DNA of 64,000 nucleotides from Opitutales bacterium (GCA_965226885.1 CBDDEL010000016.1:1-64000); one strand, 5' to 3'; numbered from the stretch's first letter, positions 35,693-47,857 are shown. Notes: generated from the sequence alone by a model not told the origin. A program made the numbers and translations.

Positions 35693-36103
35693 ATGGAAAC
35701 AATGACCATAGGGAAAATGGCCTCTAGGGCGGGCGTAGGTATTGAAACGGTGCGGTATTACGAGCGTAAGGGTTTGTTAAATCAGCCAACCCGGTCATAT
35801 ACCGGCTACAGACAATATCGCCAGGAGGCAGTGCAACGCATCCGGTTCATCAAAAGAGCTCAGAAACTGGGCTTTACACTTCGGGAGATTTCCGGGCTAC
35901 TGTGCCTTAGCAGCGATTCCAAAACTACTTGCGAGGACCTGCGCCAGGAAGCTGAGGGAGAAATTAGGAATGTTGAGGAGAAAATCCGAGATTTGGTTAG
36001 GCTGCACGACACGCTTAAAAGTTTGGCCGAAGCATGCGCCTCCGCTGATGGAATTGGCGAATGCCCCATCCTGGATTTTCTGGAAGAAGAGGATATAAAT
36101 TGA
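35693..36103 (+). CDS. merR: MerR-family heavy-metal regulator, Hg(II) MerR-like
   Basis: IETVRYYER.GL, FIKRAQ.LGFTL.EI. Three Cys (TTCE; AC...ECPIL) placed like the MerR metal ligands. Confidence 0.85.
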   Translation: METMTIGKMASRAGVGIETVRYYERKGLLNQPTRSYTGYRQYRQEAVQRIRFIKRAQKLGFTLREISGLLCLSSDSKTTCEDLRQEAEGEIRNVEEKIRDLVRLHDTLKSLAEACASADGIGECPILDFLEEEDIN

Positions 36104-36828
36104 AAAAAGTAGAGCTAATATATGAATCTGGTTGCCCGAACGTATTAGAGGTACGGGTTCAATTAAGGAATGCCTTTAAGGAGGCTGGTGCTCCTGGGCA
36201 ATGGATTGAGTGGGAGCGCAGCGATCCCGATGCCCCAGCTTACGCAAAGGATTACGGATCGCCGACGGTTCTTGTGGACGGAAAGGATGTCGCCGGGGTA
36301 TCACCGGTGAAAGAAACCTCCTGCTGTCGTCTTTACGGCGATGGTTCGGGAGGCTTCCAAGGCATGCCCGCCGTATCCTTGATTGTATCCGCATTGCGGC
36401 AATTGGATCACGCGGGCATGGGACATAGGGGAGGTTTATGGGGAGCTTTAGCCAGTGGACCGGGAGCATTGGCCGCATTGGTTCCCGTTGGGTTTTGCCC
36501 ATTGTGCTTGCCCGCCTATGCGGGATTGGTCAGTTCCCTTGGAATCGGGTTCGTGGTAGAAAGCCGATATTTGCTGGCTGCCTTGATTGTGCTCCTGCTG
36601 CCAGCATTATTGATGCTGATATTTCGGGCTTCGTCGAGAAGGGGCTATGGCCCATTTTTTGTGGGAACTATAGGTATCTGCGGAATTTTTTTAGGGAAAT
36701 TTTATTTTCTAAATCCAATGGTGACAACTATCGGTGTTGCTGTGTTGGTTGCCGCCTCTCTCTGGAATGCATGGCCCCAGCGCAAAGATCGCTGCCCCAA
36801 TTGTTCCCCTTTAGAGAATATTCAATAG
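36100..36828 (+). CDS. Thioredoxin-like domain fused to a MerC-like mercury transport membrane domain
   Basis: TTG start overlaps the merR stop (TTGA). GCPN...GSPTVLVDG...CCRLY, then CPLCLPAYA..SSLGIGF with about 4 TM segments and C-terminal CPNC. Confidence 0.72.
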   Translation: MKKVELIYESGCPNVLEVRVQLRNAFKEAGAPGQWIEWERSDPDAPAYAKDYGSPTVLVDGKDVAGVSPVKETSCCRLYGDGSGGFQGMPAVSLIVSALRQLDHAGMGHRGGLWGALASGPGALAALVPVGFCPLCLPAYAGLVSSLGIGFVVESRYLLAALIVLLLPALLMLIFRASSRRGYGPFFVGTIGICGIFLGKFYFLNPMVTTIGVAVLVAASLWNAWPQRKDRCPNCSPLENIQ

Positions 36829-36833
36829 ATCTA

Positions 36834-37798
36834 TTAATCCGGCAATTGAATAGTAACAGTTAAGCGGCGTATTGAACATCCCGATGATGGAAGAGTTTTT
36901 TAATCAAAATTGGTTTTCGTTGCCTGCTGCGCAGGTGGGTTCGCAGACTTCCCTGCAACTCAATTTGGCTGCGCGGGGCCGGCAGGTTCTTCAAGTTCGC
37001 TTTGACCGTGTTATTCAAATACTCATCGGGGTTCAATTCGGGACTGTAAGATGGTAGATAAAAAATCCCGATCCTATCGCGGTGGGCTTCAATCCAACCG
37101 ATTACTTTTTTAGCATGATGCACTCTCAGATTGTCCACAATGAGAAAGATTTTCCGTTTGGCTCCTTTGATCAACTGGCGCAGAAATTTGATAAACAGTT
37201 CCACATTCAAGGCTCCCTTGTAAACCATGAAACGCAGCTTTCCACGGTTGGTTATAGTCGAGATCATGCTCGTGCTAAAACGACGCGCACTGCGTTTGGC
37301 AACTGGCGTTTTACCGCGCGGAGCATAACCTCTTCCCCGATGATCTTCGCTACTGATGCCGGTTTCATCTCCCCAGTGGATTTGGGCCTGTTGCGCTTTG
37401 GCTCTGGCTTCGATGGCCGGGTAAGTTTGATCAAGCCACTTCTTAATCGCCTCAGGCTGCTGCTCATAGGCTTGTCTTCGAGGTTTTTGTGGAGTGAAAC
37501 CCCAACGGCGAAGATACTCGCCCACCGTGCGGATCGGCATCTTCAAAGCAAACTGCCTTTCAATCAACTCTTGCACCGCTTGGCGCGTCCACAGGGCAAA
37601 GGGCATCTTAAGCTGGTCGGGTCTCTTATCGGTAATCATTCGGCACACCATGCGCTCTTGTTGGGAGCTCAATCTTCGACATTGGCCCTGCCGACGGCCC
37701 CGTTGTCCAAGCCGCAGGGCTTTTGGCCCTCCATTTCGGTAAAGGGCCCACCATTTGCGCACAGCGCTGATCGATACCTTTAAAACCACGGAAACCTC
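36834..37798 (-). mobile_element. IS630-family element, 5' truncated by IS1
   Basis: WGDETG, VDNL.VH, LPSYSPELNPDE. TA at the right boundary (boundary approximate). Confidence 0.88.
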
Positions 37799-38032
37799 GG
37801 TAGTGTATAAAAAAAGAATGTTATTTTGTATTTTTAGCTGTACAAATAGCGTTAGGCAGTTTATTCTTAGTGCATGGTTACTAAAATTATTAATTGTCGG
37901 CACTGTGGAAGTGAAAATATCATTAAATTTGGCAAGACGCCCAACCATAAACAGCGCTACCGCTGCCATGATTGTGGTAAACAAAGCCGCGAAAACCCCA
38001 CAGTGAAATACACCGAAGAGCAAAAAGAAATG
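37799..38032 (+). mobile_element. IS1 type a left fragment
   Basis: Left IR plus insA up to ...QKEM. Confidence 0.9.
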
Positions 38033-38828
38033 GGTAGTGTTAACATTTTGAATGTTTAAGCTGTACTTTTTAGCGTGATTATGTTGTGAACTGGGAATGG
38101 TCCATATCACAGTAAAATGTCCTCAATGCGGAAGCGATCACATCATCAAGCACGGCAAGGATCCGAAAGGGGTTCAGAAGTATCGATGCAAGGGGTGTGG
38201 TTATCAGTTTCGGCTTCACCCCAAAAGTCGTGAGCATCCTCCGGCGCTGGTCAAGCAGGTGCTCCGTGCGCACCAAAACCGGATGAGCCTGCGTGCCATT
38301 TACCGTACCTTCGGGGTAGCCCCAAAGACGGTCATCGAATGGATTAAAAAAAAGTCCTGAGTTTGCCGAAGCTGGAGTCCACTCTGCTTGCCCGCCAGTG
38401 TAGTGATGTGCTGGAACTGGACGAGGTGTGGTCATTCTGGGGCGATAAGCGTTCGGGGCAGGTATGGCTATGGGTAGCCTTGTGTCGACGTACCCGACAG
38501 GTCGTCGGGTTTTCTCTGGGTGATCGTAGCGATCAAACGTGCTGGCAGTTGTATCACAACATCGCCCAGCCCTATCGCGACTGTGCCACCGTAAGCGATT
38601 ACTGGGAAAGCTACGACAAGGTTTTCCCTCACAACAGCGCCAGCGGGAAACAATCCGGCCAAACCGCCCATATCGAACGCTGGAACAATACCTTGCGACA
38701 GTCCCTGTCACGCTATGTGCGTAAAACGCTGTCATTCTCGAAGTCTTTGGTCATGCATTTTCGCGTCCTGTGCTTGTTCATCTGGGAATACAACAGCAAT
38801 ATCAAACATTCGTCATGTTAACACTACC
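38033..38828 (+). mobile_element. IS1 type b (796 bp)
   Basis: Both termini present. insA 38097-38360, insB ending 38821. Confidence 0.94.
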
Positions 38829-39112
38829 CGCTCGACCTCGGTGCCGGCAATATCAAATCCAATCTGACTCGGTGACCACCAAAGCCGCATGGGCTGGATT
38901 CCTCGAGCAGTTTGCGCTTCGAATTCCAAACCATTCAGTCCAATTTGCTTCTGCATTACACGGAAGGAAATACGGACCCGTTTACTCGCAGGAATGAGAC
39001 GCTCCACCTTGGCATAATCATAGGGTTCTTCATCCACGATTTGCAGGACCTGATTTTGGTCATCCCAAGGGTCGCTCACCAGAGATACAGGTGCCCATTG
39101 AGGCAAGTAGAG
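38829..39112 (-). pseudogene. Internal fragment of a host gene (possibly a glycosidase-like exported protein)
   Basis: Open frame LYLPQWAPV...DEEPYDYAKVER between two IS elements. Family assignment is from memory only. Confidence 0.4.
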
Positions 39113-40397
39113 TGATGTGACCGCCGAAAACACTACCATTGCCAGTGAGAGTCTTTCTGGAGAAATTACCGGAAAGACCTATGAAGCAAAAAAGATACAC
39201 CCCTGAACAAATCATAACGATACTGCGCGAAGTAGACGCAGGCAAAGGCATTCAGGATGTCTGTCGGTCCCACAATATCAGTCCTCAAAGCTACCATCGT
39301 TGGCGTAAAAAGTATGGCCGCATGGAGCTGCGTGGCGCCAAGCGGCTGAAGGAGCTGGAGCGCGAAAACACGCAGCTTAAGAAGATAGTAGCCGAGCAGA
39401 TGCTGGAGAACCGTGTGCTCAAGGAGGTGAACGCAAAAAAATGGTAGGCCCGAAGCAGAAAAAGGAAGCGGTGAAGCATGTATTGGCCCAAGGGTCGTGC
39501 TCGCTGCGTCGGGCCTGTCAGTATTTTGGGTTGCACCGCTCAACCTACCTGTATGAACCCAAGAAAGCTACTGAGTATAGGCATAAACTGGTGGCACGCA
39601 TCATTGCCTTTTCGAAGAAGCATCCGCGCTATGGCTATCGTCGGATCCGCGCTTTGTTGGCCCATGAAGGTTGGCCCGTGAGTCGCAAATTCGTCCAAAA
39701 AGTGCGTCGTTTCGAAGGACTGGGTGTGCGCCCGTCTGGCAAGCGCCGTCGCCGGCAGGGCCAATCCACGGCTACCCCGACCCGAGCAGTGCAGCCCAAC
39801 CATGTGTGGAGTTGGGACTTCGTGGCGGATCGCACCGACCGGGGCGGTCCGCTCAGGCTCTTGACACTGATCGATGAACATACCCGTCAATGCCTGGCCA
39901 TTAAGGTTGCGCGCTCACTGAAAAGTGCCGATGTGGTAGAGGTATTGAACGATGCCATAAGAGAGAACGGCAAACCTCAGTGCATCCGCTCGGACAACGG
40001 ATCGGAGTTTATAGCCCACCAAGTCAAAGAAGAACTGCAGCGACAGGAAATTGCCATCGCATACATTGATCCAGGAAGCCCTTGGCAGAATGGACATATA
40101 GAATCCTTTCATAATCGTTTGCGCGATGAATGCCTTAACCAGGAACTGTTCCTGAGCGTGACCGAAGCGCGTGTGGTGGTCGAACAATGGCGACACAAAT
40201 ACAACGCGAAACACCCCCACAGCCGATTAGGCTTTCTCTCCCCAAATACATTTGCCAGACTCTGGCGAACAATCAACAAAGCAGCGGCTGGCTCCATTCG
40301 GCCTACGGCCTCATTGCGCCACCCGCTGCAAAACCTACAATACCAAACCTACGGAAATACTCTCACTTAAAGTGGTAGCAAAGATGGGGTCCGATCA
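39113..40397 (+). mobile_element. IS3-family element type B (IS407-like); orfA 39181-39447, orfB 39441-40370
   Basis: Imperfect IRs TGATGTGACC..CTACCA / TGATCGGACC..CTACCA. A7 slippery site. WSWDF, RSDNGSEF, PWQNG.IESF motifs. Confidence 0.92.
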
Positions 40398-40820
40398 GGT
40401 TCGGAAAGCAATTGAGTCGGGGGCAAAGCCAGGAATATCAAGGCGAATAGAATCATAGCGCCTCCAAACGGGCCTTCGTTGATGTTGGGCGGGTGGTATA
40501 CTTTTTTTTCACTCATGCTGGTTAATTCTCTAATTTTATCTCATCCCTGGGAAAATTCAGGATTTCGAGGTTTGGGTCTAAATCTAAAAAGATATCAAGA
40601 ATAGAATCTGTCAGGTGTTCGTCGGGGTTGTTTTCAATTAATACGGTTCACCCTCCGAAATATTAGAAAATATCGGATAATAGTTCAATTTTTGGCCTTA
40701 ATGCTTACGCTAACTCCAGGTTGATCGTTGCCCTTTTCAAGGATCAGCACCTAATGGAAAATCCTCGTCACACTGGGAAAACTACGCTTTTATCTATCAA
40801 ATCTAGCGGGACTCTTGTAA

Positions 40821-43192
40821 ATGGAAAGCGACCACCAGAGGCATATCGCCGTAATTATGTTCACGGACATCGTGGGCTACAGCGCGCTGGCTCAAAAGAA
40901 CGAAGCCCTCAGCCTTGAACTGCTGGAGGAACACCGGGGATTGCTGCGTCCAATATTCGGACGGTTCGGGGGTAAGGAAATCGAGACCATCGGCGATGCA
41001 TTTTTCCTGGAGTTCACCAGCGCCCTGGAGGCCGCGCCCTGGAGGCCGTAAAGTGCGCCTTCGAAATTCAAAATGCTCTTTTTGGCCGCAACTCCCTGGA
41101 ACCCGGGGAGCGAAAGATCATCCTTCGCATCGGCATCCATCTCGGGGATGTCATGCAAATGGGGGAAAAGGTGCTTGGCGATGGGGTCAACATTGCCTCC
41201 CGCATTCAAACCGCAGCCAGACCCGGTGGCATTTGCATCTCCGACCACGTTTACATGCAGGTGCGCGACAAACTGGAGATGCAGTGGCAATCGCGAGGCG
41301 AGTTGAAACTCAAAAACATCGAGAGACCCATGGAGGTTTTCGATATTATTTTCCCTTGGGAAAAGGAGCAGGCAGCACCACCCAAAAGCAGAGCGAAAAC
41401 AAAATTCGCAGCAGGCAAATACCTTTGGCCCATAATAGCCGTCGCGGCAGTAGTCCTCATAGTGGGTTATTTTTGGAAATTCCCTTCCCGCGAGAGCGCT
41501 CCAACTTACGTTTCCCCTCCCGTCACGGCGGCGCCCGAGTTGCCCCATTACGACTCCATCGCCGTGCTTCCCTTCGAGAACATGAGCAATGACCAGGAAA
41601 ATGTCTATTTCGCGCGAGGCATTCACGAGGATATTTTGACGAGTCTTGCCAAGGTCAAAGCCCTCAAGGTGATCTCCCGAACCTCCGTCATGGAATATGA
41701 GAACAAGACCCGCAATCTGCGAAAAATTGCAGAGGATCTGGGGGTTTCCACTATTCTCGAAGGTAGCGTGCGACGGTCCGGTATGCGTGTTAAAATTACG
41801 GCTCAGTTGATCGATGCGAAGACGGACGAACATCTTTGGGCGGAAAGTTACGACCGGGACTTGACGGATATTTTCGCCCTCCAATCCACCATCGCCGAGG
41901 AAATCACTGGCGCTTTGAAAGCGACTCTCAGCCCGGAAGAAAAAGAAAACCTGGAAAGGCTGCCGACCCAAAGCGGAGAGGCTTACGACATCTATTTGAG
42001 GGCGCGGGACTATCACCTCCAGGCCGTGGCGGATGAAAATGCTGCCGGACAGGCCGAGAGGCTCTATGGACAAGCTATTGGGCGAGATCCGAGTTTCGCG
42101 CTGGCTCATGCTTGGCTGGCCCATTTGCACAGCGAAATGTATTGGCAGTTATCTGTGGACCGCAGTGAGGAGCGATTGCAGAAATTGAAATCGTCGGCGG
42201 ACCGGGCGCTGCAATTGCAACCGGATCTTCCCGAGGGGCAGACGGCCCTGGCCAACTATTATTACTACGGGTTTCGCAATTATGGCCGTGCCCAGGGAAT
42301 TCTGGAGAGAGTACGTGAGTCTCTGCCCAACAACGCCGAAGTGCTTGCCATTCTCTCCTATATCGAGCGCCGCCAGGGCCAATGGGAATTGAGCACGAAC
42401 CATCTTGAAAAAGCGGTCGGCCTGGACCCGCGCAATGTGGATTACAAGTTGCAGTTGGCATTAAGTTACTACCAAATGCGTGACCTTGAGGCCGCCATAC
42501 CTTTATTGGATGAAGCGCTTGAAATACAGCCCGACGCCGTGGGTCTCGCCGTCATAAAGGGCCGTATTTATTTAGGTTTGACCGGGGATACATCTGTAAT
42601 GAAAAAAATCCTGGATGAGATTCCACCTAACCTGGATCCCTATGGCCGGATTAGTAATGGCCGCTTCGTTTTAGATATCTGGGAGCGGGATTTCGAGGGC
42701 GCCCTCCCCTTTATTGAGGCTTTTGCTCAACCTGTCGATGATGGGCAATCATTCGTCAGACATCGGGATCAATACAGGGGCATGCTTTACCACTACATGG
42801 GTGATAAAGAAAAATCCCGCCGGGCCCTGGAGTCGGCTCTGGCCTTTCTGGAACCCGCTTTGGCCGAACATCCAAAGGATGCCCGCTACCATGCATCTAT
42901 CGGGTCTACTTATGCTCTACTGGAACGCAAAGAAGAGGCCATAGAGGCGGGGATCGAAGCGGTGAAACTGATGCCCCAAACCAAAGACGCCTTGGTAGGA
43001 AATGATTACGAACGGAATTTAGCTGGCATTTATGCGAATGTTGGTGAGCCCGACAAAGCCATCGACCTGCTTGAGGATTTGCTCTCCAAACCTGGCAGGT
43101 TGGCCGTACCCGCGCTGCGAAATCTTTGTTATTGGGATCCACTACGCAGCCACCCAAGGTTTCAGGCATTGTTAGCCAAAGACGGCGGATAA
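40821..43192 (+). pseudogene. Class III nucleotidyl cyclase + TM + TolB-like + TPR protein, frameshifted by a 14-bp duplication
   Basis: [45 protein letters not shown] repeats. Removing 41034-41047 restores a single ORF. Confidence 0.88.
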
Positions 43193-43299
43193 ATTTTCTC
43201 CATTAAAAGAATGCTATAATCGAGATAAGTCGCACCGACCCATCGGTTGGGGCGGGATCCCCAAATGTTTTCACCCAAAATTAATCACACTGGAAGGTA

Positions 43300-43854
43300 T
43301 TGGTAATGAACTATAAGAGAAAATATCTATCGTTTTACGCAATAATTCTGGTAAGCGTTAGCTTGCACAATAATGTTTCCATTGCAGAAGAAGAGGCAAT
43401 GTCTGATTATAATCTAGACACCTCTATTAAGAAAACTGTCGAGAATGAATTGGGTAGTTTCAAAAATAAACTGCTTGAAAAGAGACATATTAACAAAAAA
43501 GCGGTCTATCCACTGCTTAAAAAATACCTCCGGGATAAACCTCGAATCTACGGCGCGGCTTTTGCTTTCGGGCCCGATATAAAAAATAAGCAGCAAATAA
43601 AATCTTCACCATACGTTTATAGGGACGGCAAAAAGTTGATCGAGAAAGATTTGCTTGATAGCTATGATTATACAACGCAGGGCTGGTACGCCATTCCTGC
43701 AAATTTAAAGAAACCTGTTTGGAGCAAACCCTATTTCGATGAAGGTGGAGGCGAAGCCTGGATGATAACTTATTCCATACCGTTATATTCCGACCGAAAC
43801 AAAACAAAACTCATTGGAGTTCTCACAAGCGACGTTTTAATACCCAAGGAATGA
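43300..43854 (+). CDS. Exported stand-alone Cache (PDC) sensor domain protein
   Basis: Signal-like N-terminus. YDY....WY..P.....PVWSKPYFDEGGG...MITYS.P. Confidence 0.82.
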   Translation: MVMNYKRKYLSFYAIILVSVSLHNNVSIAEEEAMSDYNLDTSIKKTVENELGSFKNKLLEKRHINKKAVYPLLKKYLRDKPRIYGAAFAFGPDIKNKQQIKSSPYVYRDGKKLIEKDLLDSYDYTTQGWYAIPANLKKPVWSKPYFDEGGGEAWMITYSIPLYSDRNKTKLIGVLTSDVLIPKE

Positions 43855-43984
43855 TTACCTTACCGGTCTTTGACCATATACGACATGGGCATTGGGGGCA
43901 TCGATTCTGGGATTTCCGGCCTTGTAGCCAGAGGTGCGGGCAGGACTGCTCTTTGTTTTGACAGCAATGGATAATTCACATTGG

Positions 43985-44786
43985 GGTAGTGTATAAAAAA
44001 AGAATGTTATTTTGTATTTTTAGCTGTACAAATAGCGTTAGGCAGTTTATTCTTAGTGCATGGTTACTAAAATTATTAATTGTCGGCACTGTGGAAGTGA
44101 AAATATCATTAAATTTGGCAAGACGCCCAACCATAAGCAGCGCTACCGCTGCCATGATTGTGGTAAACAAAGCCGCGAAAACCCCACAGTGAAATACACC
44201 GAAGAGCAAAAAGAAATGATCCTTCGAGTCTATCAGGAACGCAGCAGTCTACGCGGTTTACAGCGCGCCTTCGGGGTGAGTCCCAACACCGTTTTGAGTT
44301 GGTTAAAAAAAACGACAATCGCTGCGACCGCTCAAAAGCACGATTCTTGCGGCCCGCCGCCATGATGTCATTGAACTGGACGAACTGTGGTCTTTTGTGG
44401 GGCGCAAGAGCGATGCCCAATGGGTTTGGATCGCTCTTTGCCGACGCACCCGTCAAATCCTCTCCTATGCCATTGGGCCTCGGGATTGGTATCGTTGCCG
44501 GGAACTTTACGAGCGTCTGCCACGGGCCTACAAAAGATGTGCCACCTACAGCGACTTTTGGAGCACTTATGATGAAGTCTTTCCTCATAACCGATCCGTG
44601 GGAAAAGAAACCGGTGAAACGGCCCATGTGGAACGATGGAACAATACCCTGCGCCAACGACTGGGTCGTTTCACACGCAAAACCCTCTCCTTTTCCAAGC
44701 TTAAGAGTATGCATGAAACCTGTCTGAGACTTTTCATTCATCAATATAATCAAGAATTAGCCACCATTCCTACTTAATACACTACC
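43985..44786 (+). mobile_element. IS1 type a (802 bp)
   Basis: Complete element, no TSD. Confidence 0.94.
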
Positions 44787-44963
44787 GCCAAGTGTTGGGT
44801 AGAAGCCCTGGAAAAAGGAGGTGCAAAGGTCGATATTTATGACTTTTCAGGACTGACCACCGACACAGGGGAACCGGTCAATGATTTCAGGGATTTCCTT
44901 CGGGTTTCAGTGGACGATTGGGAAGCAGACCTAGAGGTAAGGGAGGCCATCCCCTATGAGTAG
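44787..44963 (+). pseudogene. C-terminal gene fragment, possibly primase/Toprim-like
   Basis: Hand translation AKCWVEALEKGGAKVDIYDFSGLTTDTGEPVNDFRDFL... The next ATG overlaps its stop. Confidence 0.35.
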
Positions 44964-45004
44964 AATCAAAACGAATATTAAAGATCATAGCCTCGCCCAC
45001 AAGT

Positions 45005-47523
45005 TGTAAACGCCGGGATGAAACCGGTACGGGGGTCGGGGTAAAACCGGTACGCTTGGAATAAGGTTTAGGTTAGTAATTGCAGGTACGTCAAGGTTTA
45101 GGGTTTGGGAGTTGGTTTTGGGGATTGGCTTGGGGTCGGTGAGGAGGCCGGAGGCCGACGAGCCGGGCCCAAGGCGTTTATTGTTTTGTGCCACGGCGAC
45201 GGCGTCGAGCATCGCGCAAGCGGTAGCTTTGCCCGTTGGCTTCGAGGATATGCACCCGATGGGTGAGTCGGTCCAGCAGAGCTCCGGTGAGCCGTTCGGA
45301 ACCGAGCACTTCGATCCAGTTCTCAAAGGGCAGGTTGGTGGTGACGATGAGACTGGTGCGCTCGTAAGCGCGGCTGACCACGTCGAAGAGCAGTTCGGAA
45401 CCGGTCTTGGAAAAAGGGACGTAACCGAGTTCGTCGAGGATGAGTAGGTCGAGCCTTTCGAGTTGCTTCATGAAGCGCTGCAGGTCGTGGTTGTCGCGTT
45501 GCTCGAGCATATGGGTAACCAGGGCGGTGACCCCGAAGAAACGGATCCGCCGGCCCTGGGCACAGGCGGCAAAGCCCAGGGCGGTGGCCAGGTGCGTTTT
45601 ACCGGTACCGGCGTTACCGAGGAGCAGCACGTTTTCGCGCTGGTCGACATACTCCCCGCGCATGAGCTCTCGGATGAGCGCTTCGCTGATCGAGGGCTGC
45701 GCTTCAAAGGCGAAGCTCTCGAGGGTCTTGAGCACGGGGAAACGGGCGTTTTTGATCCGCCGCTGGGCGGCCCGCTGTTCGCGTTCAATGAGCTCCCGTT
45801 CGACCAGATGCAACAAAAAGGCGGCGTAATCGAGCCGGTCCCGGGAACAAGCCGCGGCCACCGCCGGCCATTCGCGCAGGATGGTGGGCAACTTCAGTTT
45901 CTTGAGGTGATGGTGTAACAGCAGCTGGTTTTTTTCTTCCTTCATAAAGCCCCTCCTGGAATCTTGAGCAGTTCGCTGTAGGCACCGAGGTCAGGGGCGG
46001 CCACACGGACGTGACGCAGGTGTGGATGGCCGTCCAGCCGGAAGGTTCTGCTCCCGTAGTCTTCCTGAGGATAGAGATACTGGGCGATGGCCTCACGAGT
46101 CAGTCCCCCCCCACCCGCAGGGCCGAGACGACGGCCTGCTGCAAGGCCGCCATGGGGTGTTTCTCCAACAGCCGCAGCACCCGGATATACTCCCGGGTGC
46201 CTTCGCCCCCGCATTGGCTTTCGAGCCGGCGTCTGAGGACCTGCAGGCACTGCGGCAACTGCCAGCCCGAGAGTGGGCGGGCGAAGTCCAAAGCGCCCGG
46301 TTTTTTCTCCAGCAAAGCCAGGTAGTGCACCGGCTCGAAAGAGACTTGCTCTTTATCCCAAATGCGGCGGTGCCGGGCCACCTCTTGGCCCCCACAGAAG
46401 ATCACCACCTGCCGACAGGACCCTTCCACCACCACCGGATGGTGGGCGCAGCGCACCGGCACCGAATAGTCGTTGCACTCGAAGCGCACCAGCGAGAGGC
46501 TGCTGACGCAGGTCGAGCGTTTGCGGCTCGCTTCAAAGGGTATGGGCGGCAACGCCAGCATGACGGCGCGCTCCTCGGCCAGCAGTTCCTTTTTCACCGC
46601 CCTTTTCCCGCGTAATTTACGCTCCATGTCCCGCTCACATGCCTCCAACAGCTTTGCGTTGAGTTCCTCCAGGTCCCGAACCTGCGGTACCGGTACCAGG
46701 AAGTTGGCCCGGGCATAACGCACGATCCCCTCGACCACGCCCTTCTCGTTGGGCCGGGCGGGCAGACAGAAGTGTTCCTCGAACAGGTAATGGCTCTGTA
46801 GCTGCAGAAACCCGTCGGTCAGCTTGCGTTCACGCGAACCGATAATCTTACCCACCGCCACCTTCGAGTTGTCATAGCTGATGCGCCGGGGCACCGCCCC
46901 GAAAAACTCAAAAGCTCGCAGGTGCCCCTCCCAGAAGCTCTCCGTGCACTCCCGTTCGAACACCTGCACGAAAAAGGCATCGCTGTAGGGCAGGCTCATG
47001 GCAAAAAATGGCCGCCTACGCAATTGCCCCGCCTCCTTCACCAGGGCATGACCGAAGTCCACCTGTCCCTCCCCGGGGCGGTGCTCCAGCGGCACGAACA
47101 CTTCCCGCCGCCTCGCTCGCAGCTCGGCCACCACCTCCTTGACCGCCGTGTAGCCCCCTTGGTAGCCCTTCTCCCGACCCAAACGCTGGTAGATCCGTTT
47201 GGCCGTATGGCGCTGCTTCTTGGGCACGTTCCGGTCCGCTTTGAGCACCTCCTCGATCCAGCCCACATACGGATCGATCTTGCGCTCTCGCCTCTTCTTG
47301 CGCCGGTATCCCGGCGGCTGGGAATAGGCCAGCATCTTTCCCAGGGTCTCCCAGTGCAGTCCCTCTTCTCGCATTACAGAGCGCTTGCTCTGCTTGTCCC
47401 GCAGCACTTTGTGCCGCACTCTTGTCCATTGCTTCATATCTCGATACACTCCTCCTTTCTAGGATAAGCGTACCGGTTTTAAAGCGCCCTCTTTACCGTA
47501 CCGGTTTTTCCCCGGCGTTTACA
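45005..47523 (-). mobile_element. IS21-family element (istA frameshifted in a G/C run near 46105-46112; istB 45178-45945)
   Basis: Both termini present, no TSD. Confidence 0.94.
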
Positions 47524-47857
47524 GCCCGACCATCAACAACGCTCCCAACAATGAAAAAACCGGCGCTCGATTAATCTTTGGCGCCTGGTAGGAACGGTGG
47601 AAGTGCTTCTCCTCTGTCTTCTTGCCTGGCAATCTCGCCGATCCTTCTTCTTGATTTTGAAAATGCTGTGGTTTCTCACCTTCAATCTCGAAGGATTCGA
47701 TATCGCCAATTCCGTTGAAGTCTCTGTTTCGACCCACAGACCCCAACCCAAATGCCTGTTTCTCATTACCGGGGTTCCAAAAAGTGGCGAACTGCCTCAC
47801 CCCAGTATGTTCGAATGAATCCTTATTATTTGGTAGATAATCTTTTTTGATGTGCAT
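47524..47857 (-). pseudogene. Hypothetical protein, 3' truncated by IS21
   Basis: ATG with an AGGAGG RBS upstream. The ORF runs into the IS end. Confidence 0.45.

Noticed and set aside
36860..38110. 416-aa and similar chimeric ORFs (also 5011-5985, 12203-13867, 22220-22600)
   Set aside because: They cross IS junctions or frameshifts and are not real genes.
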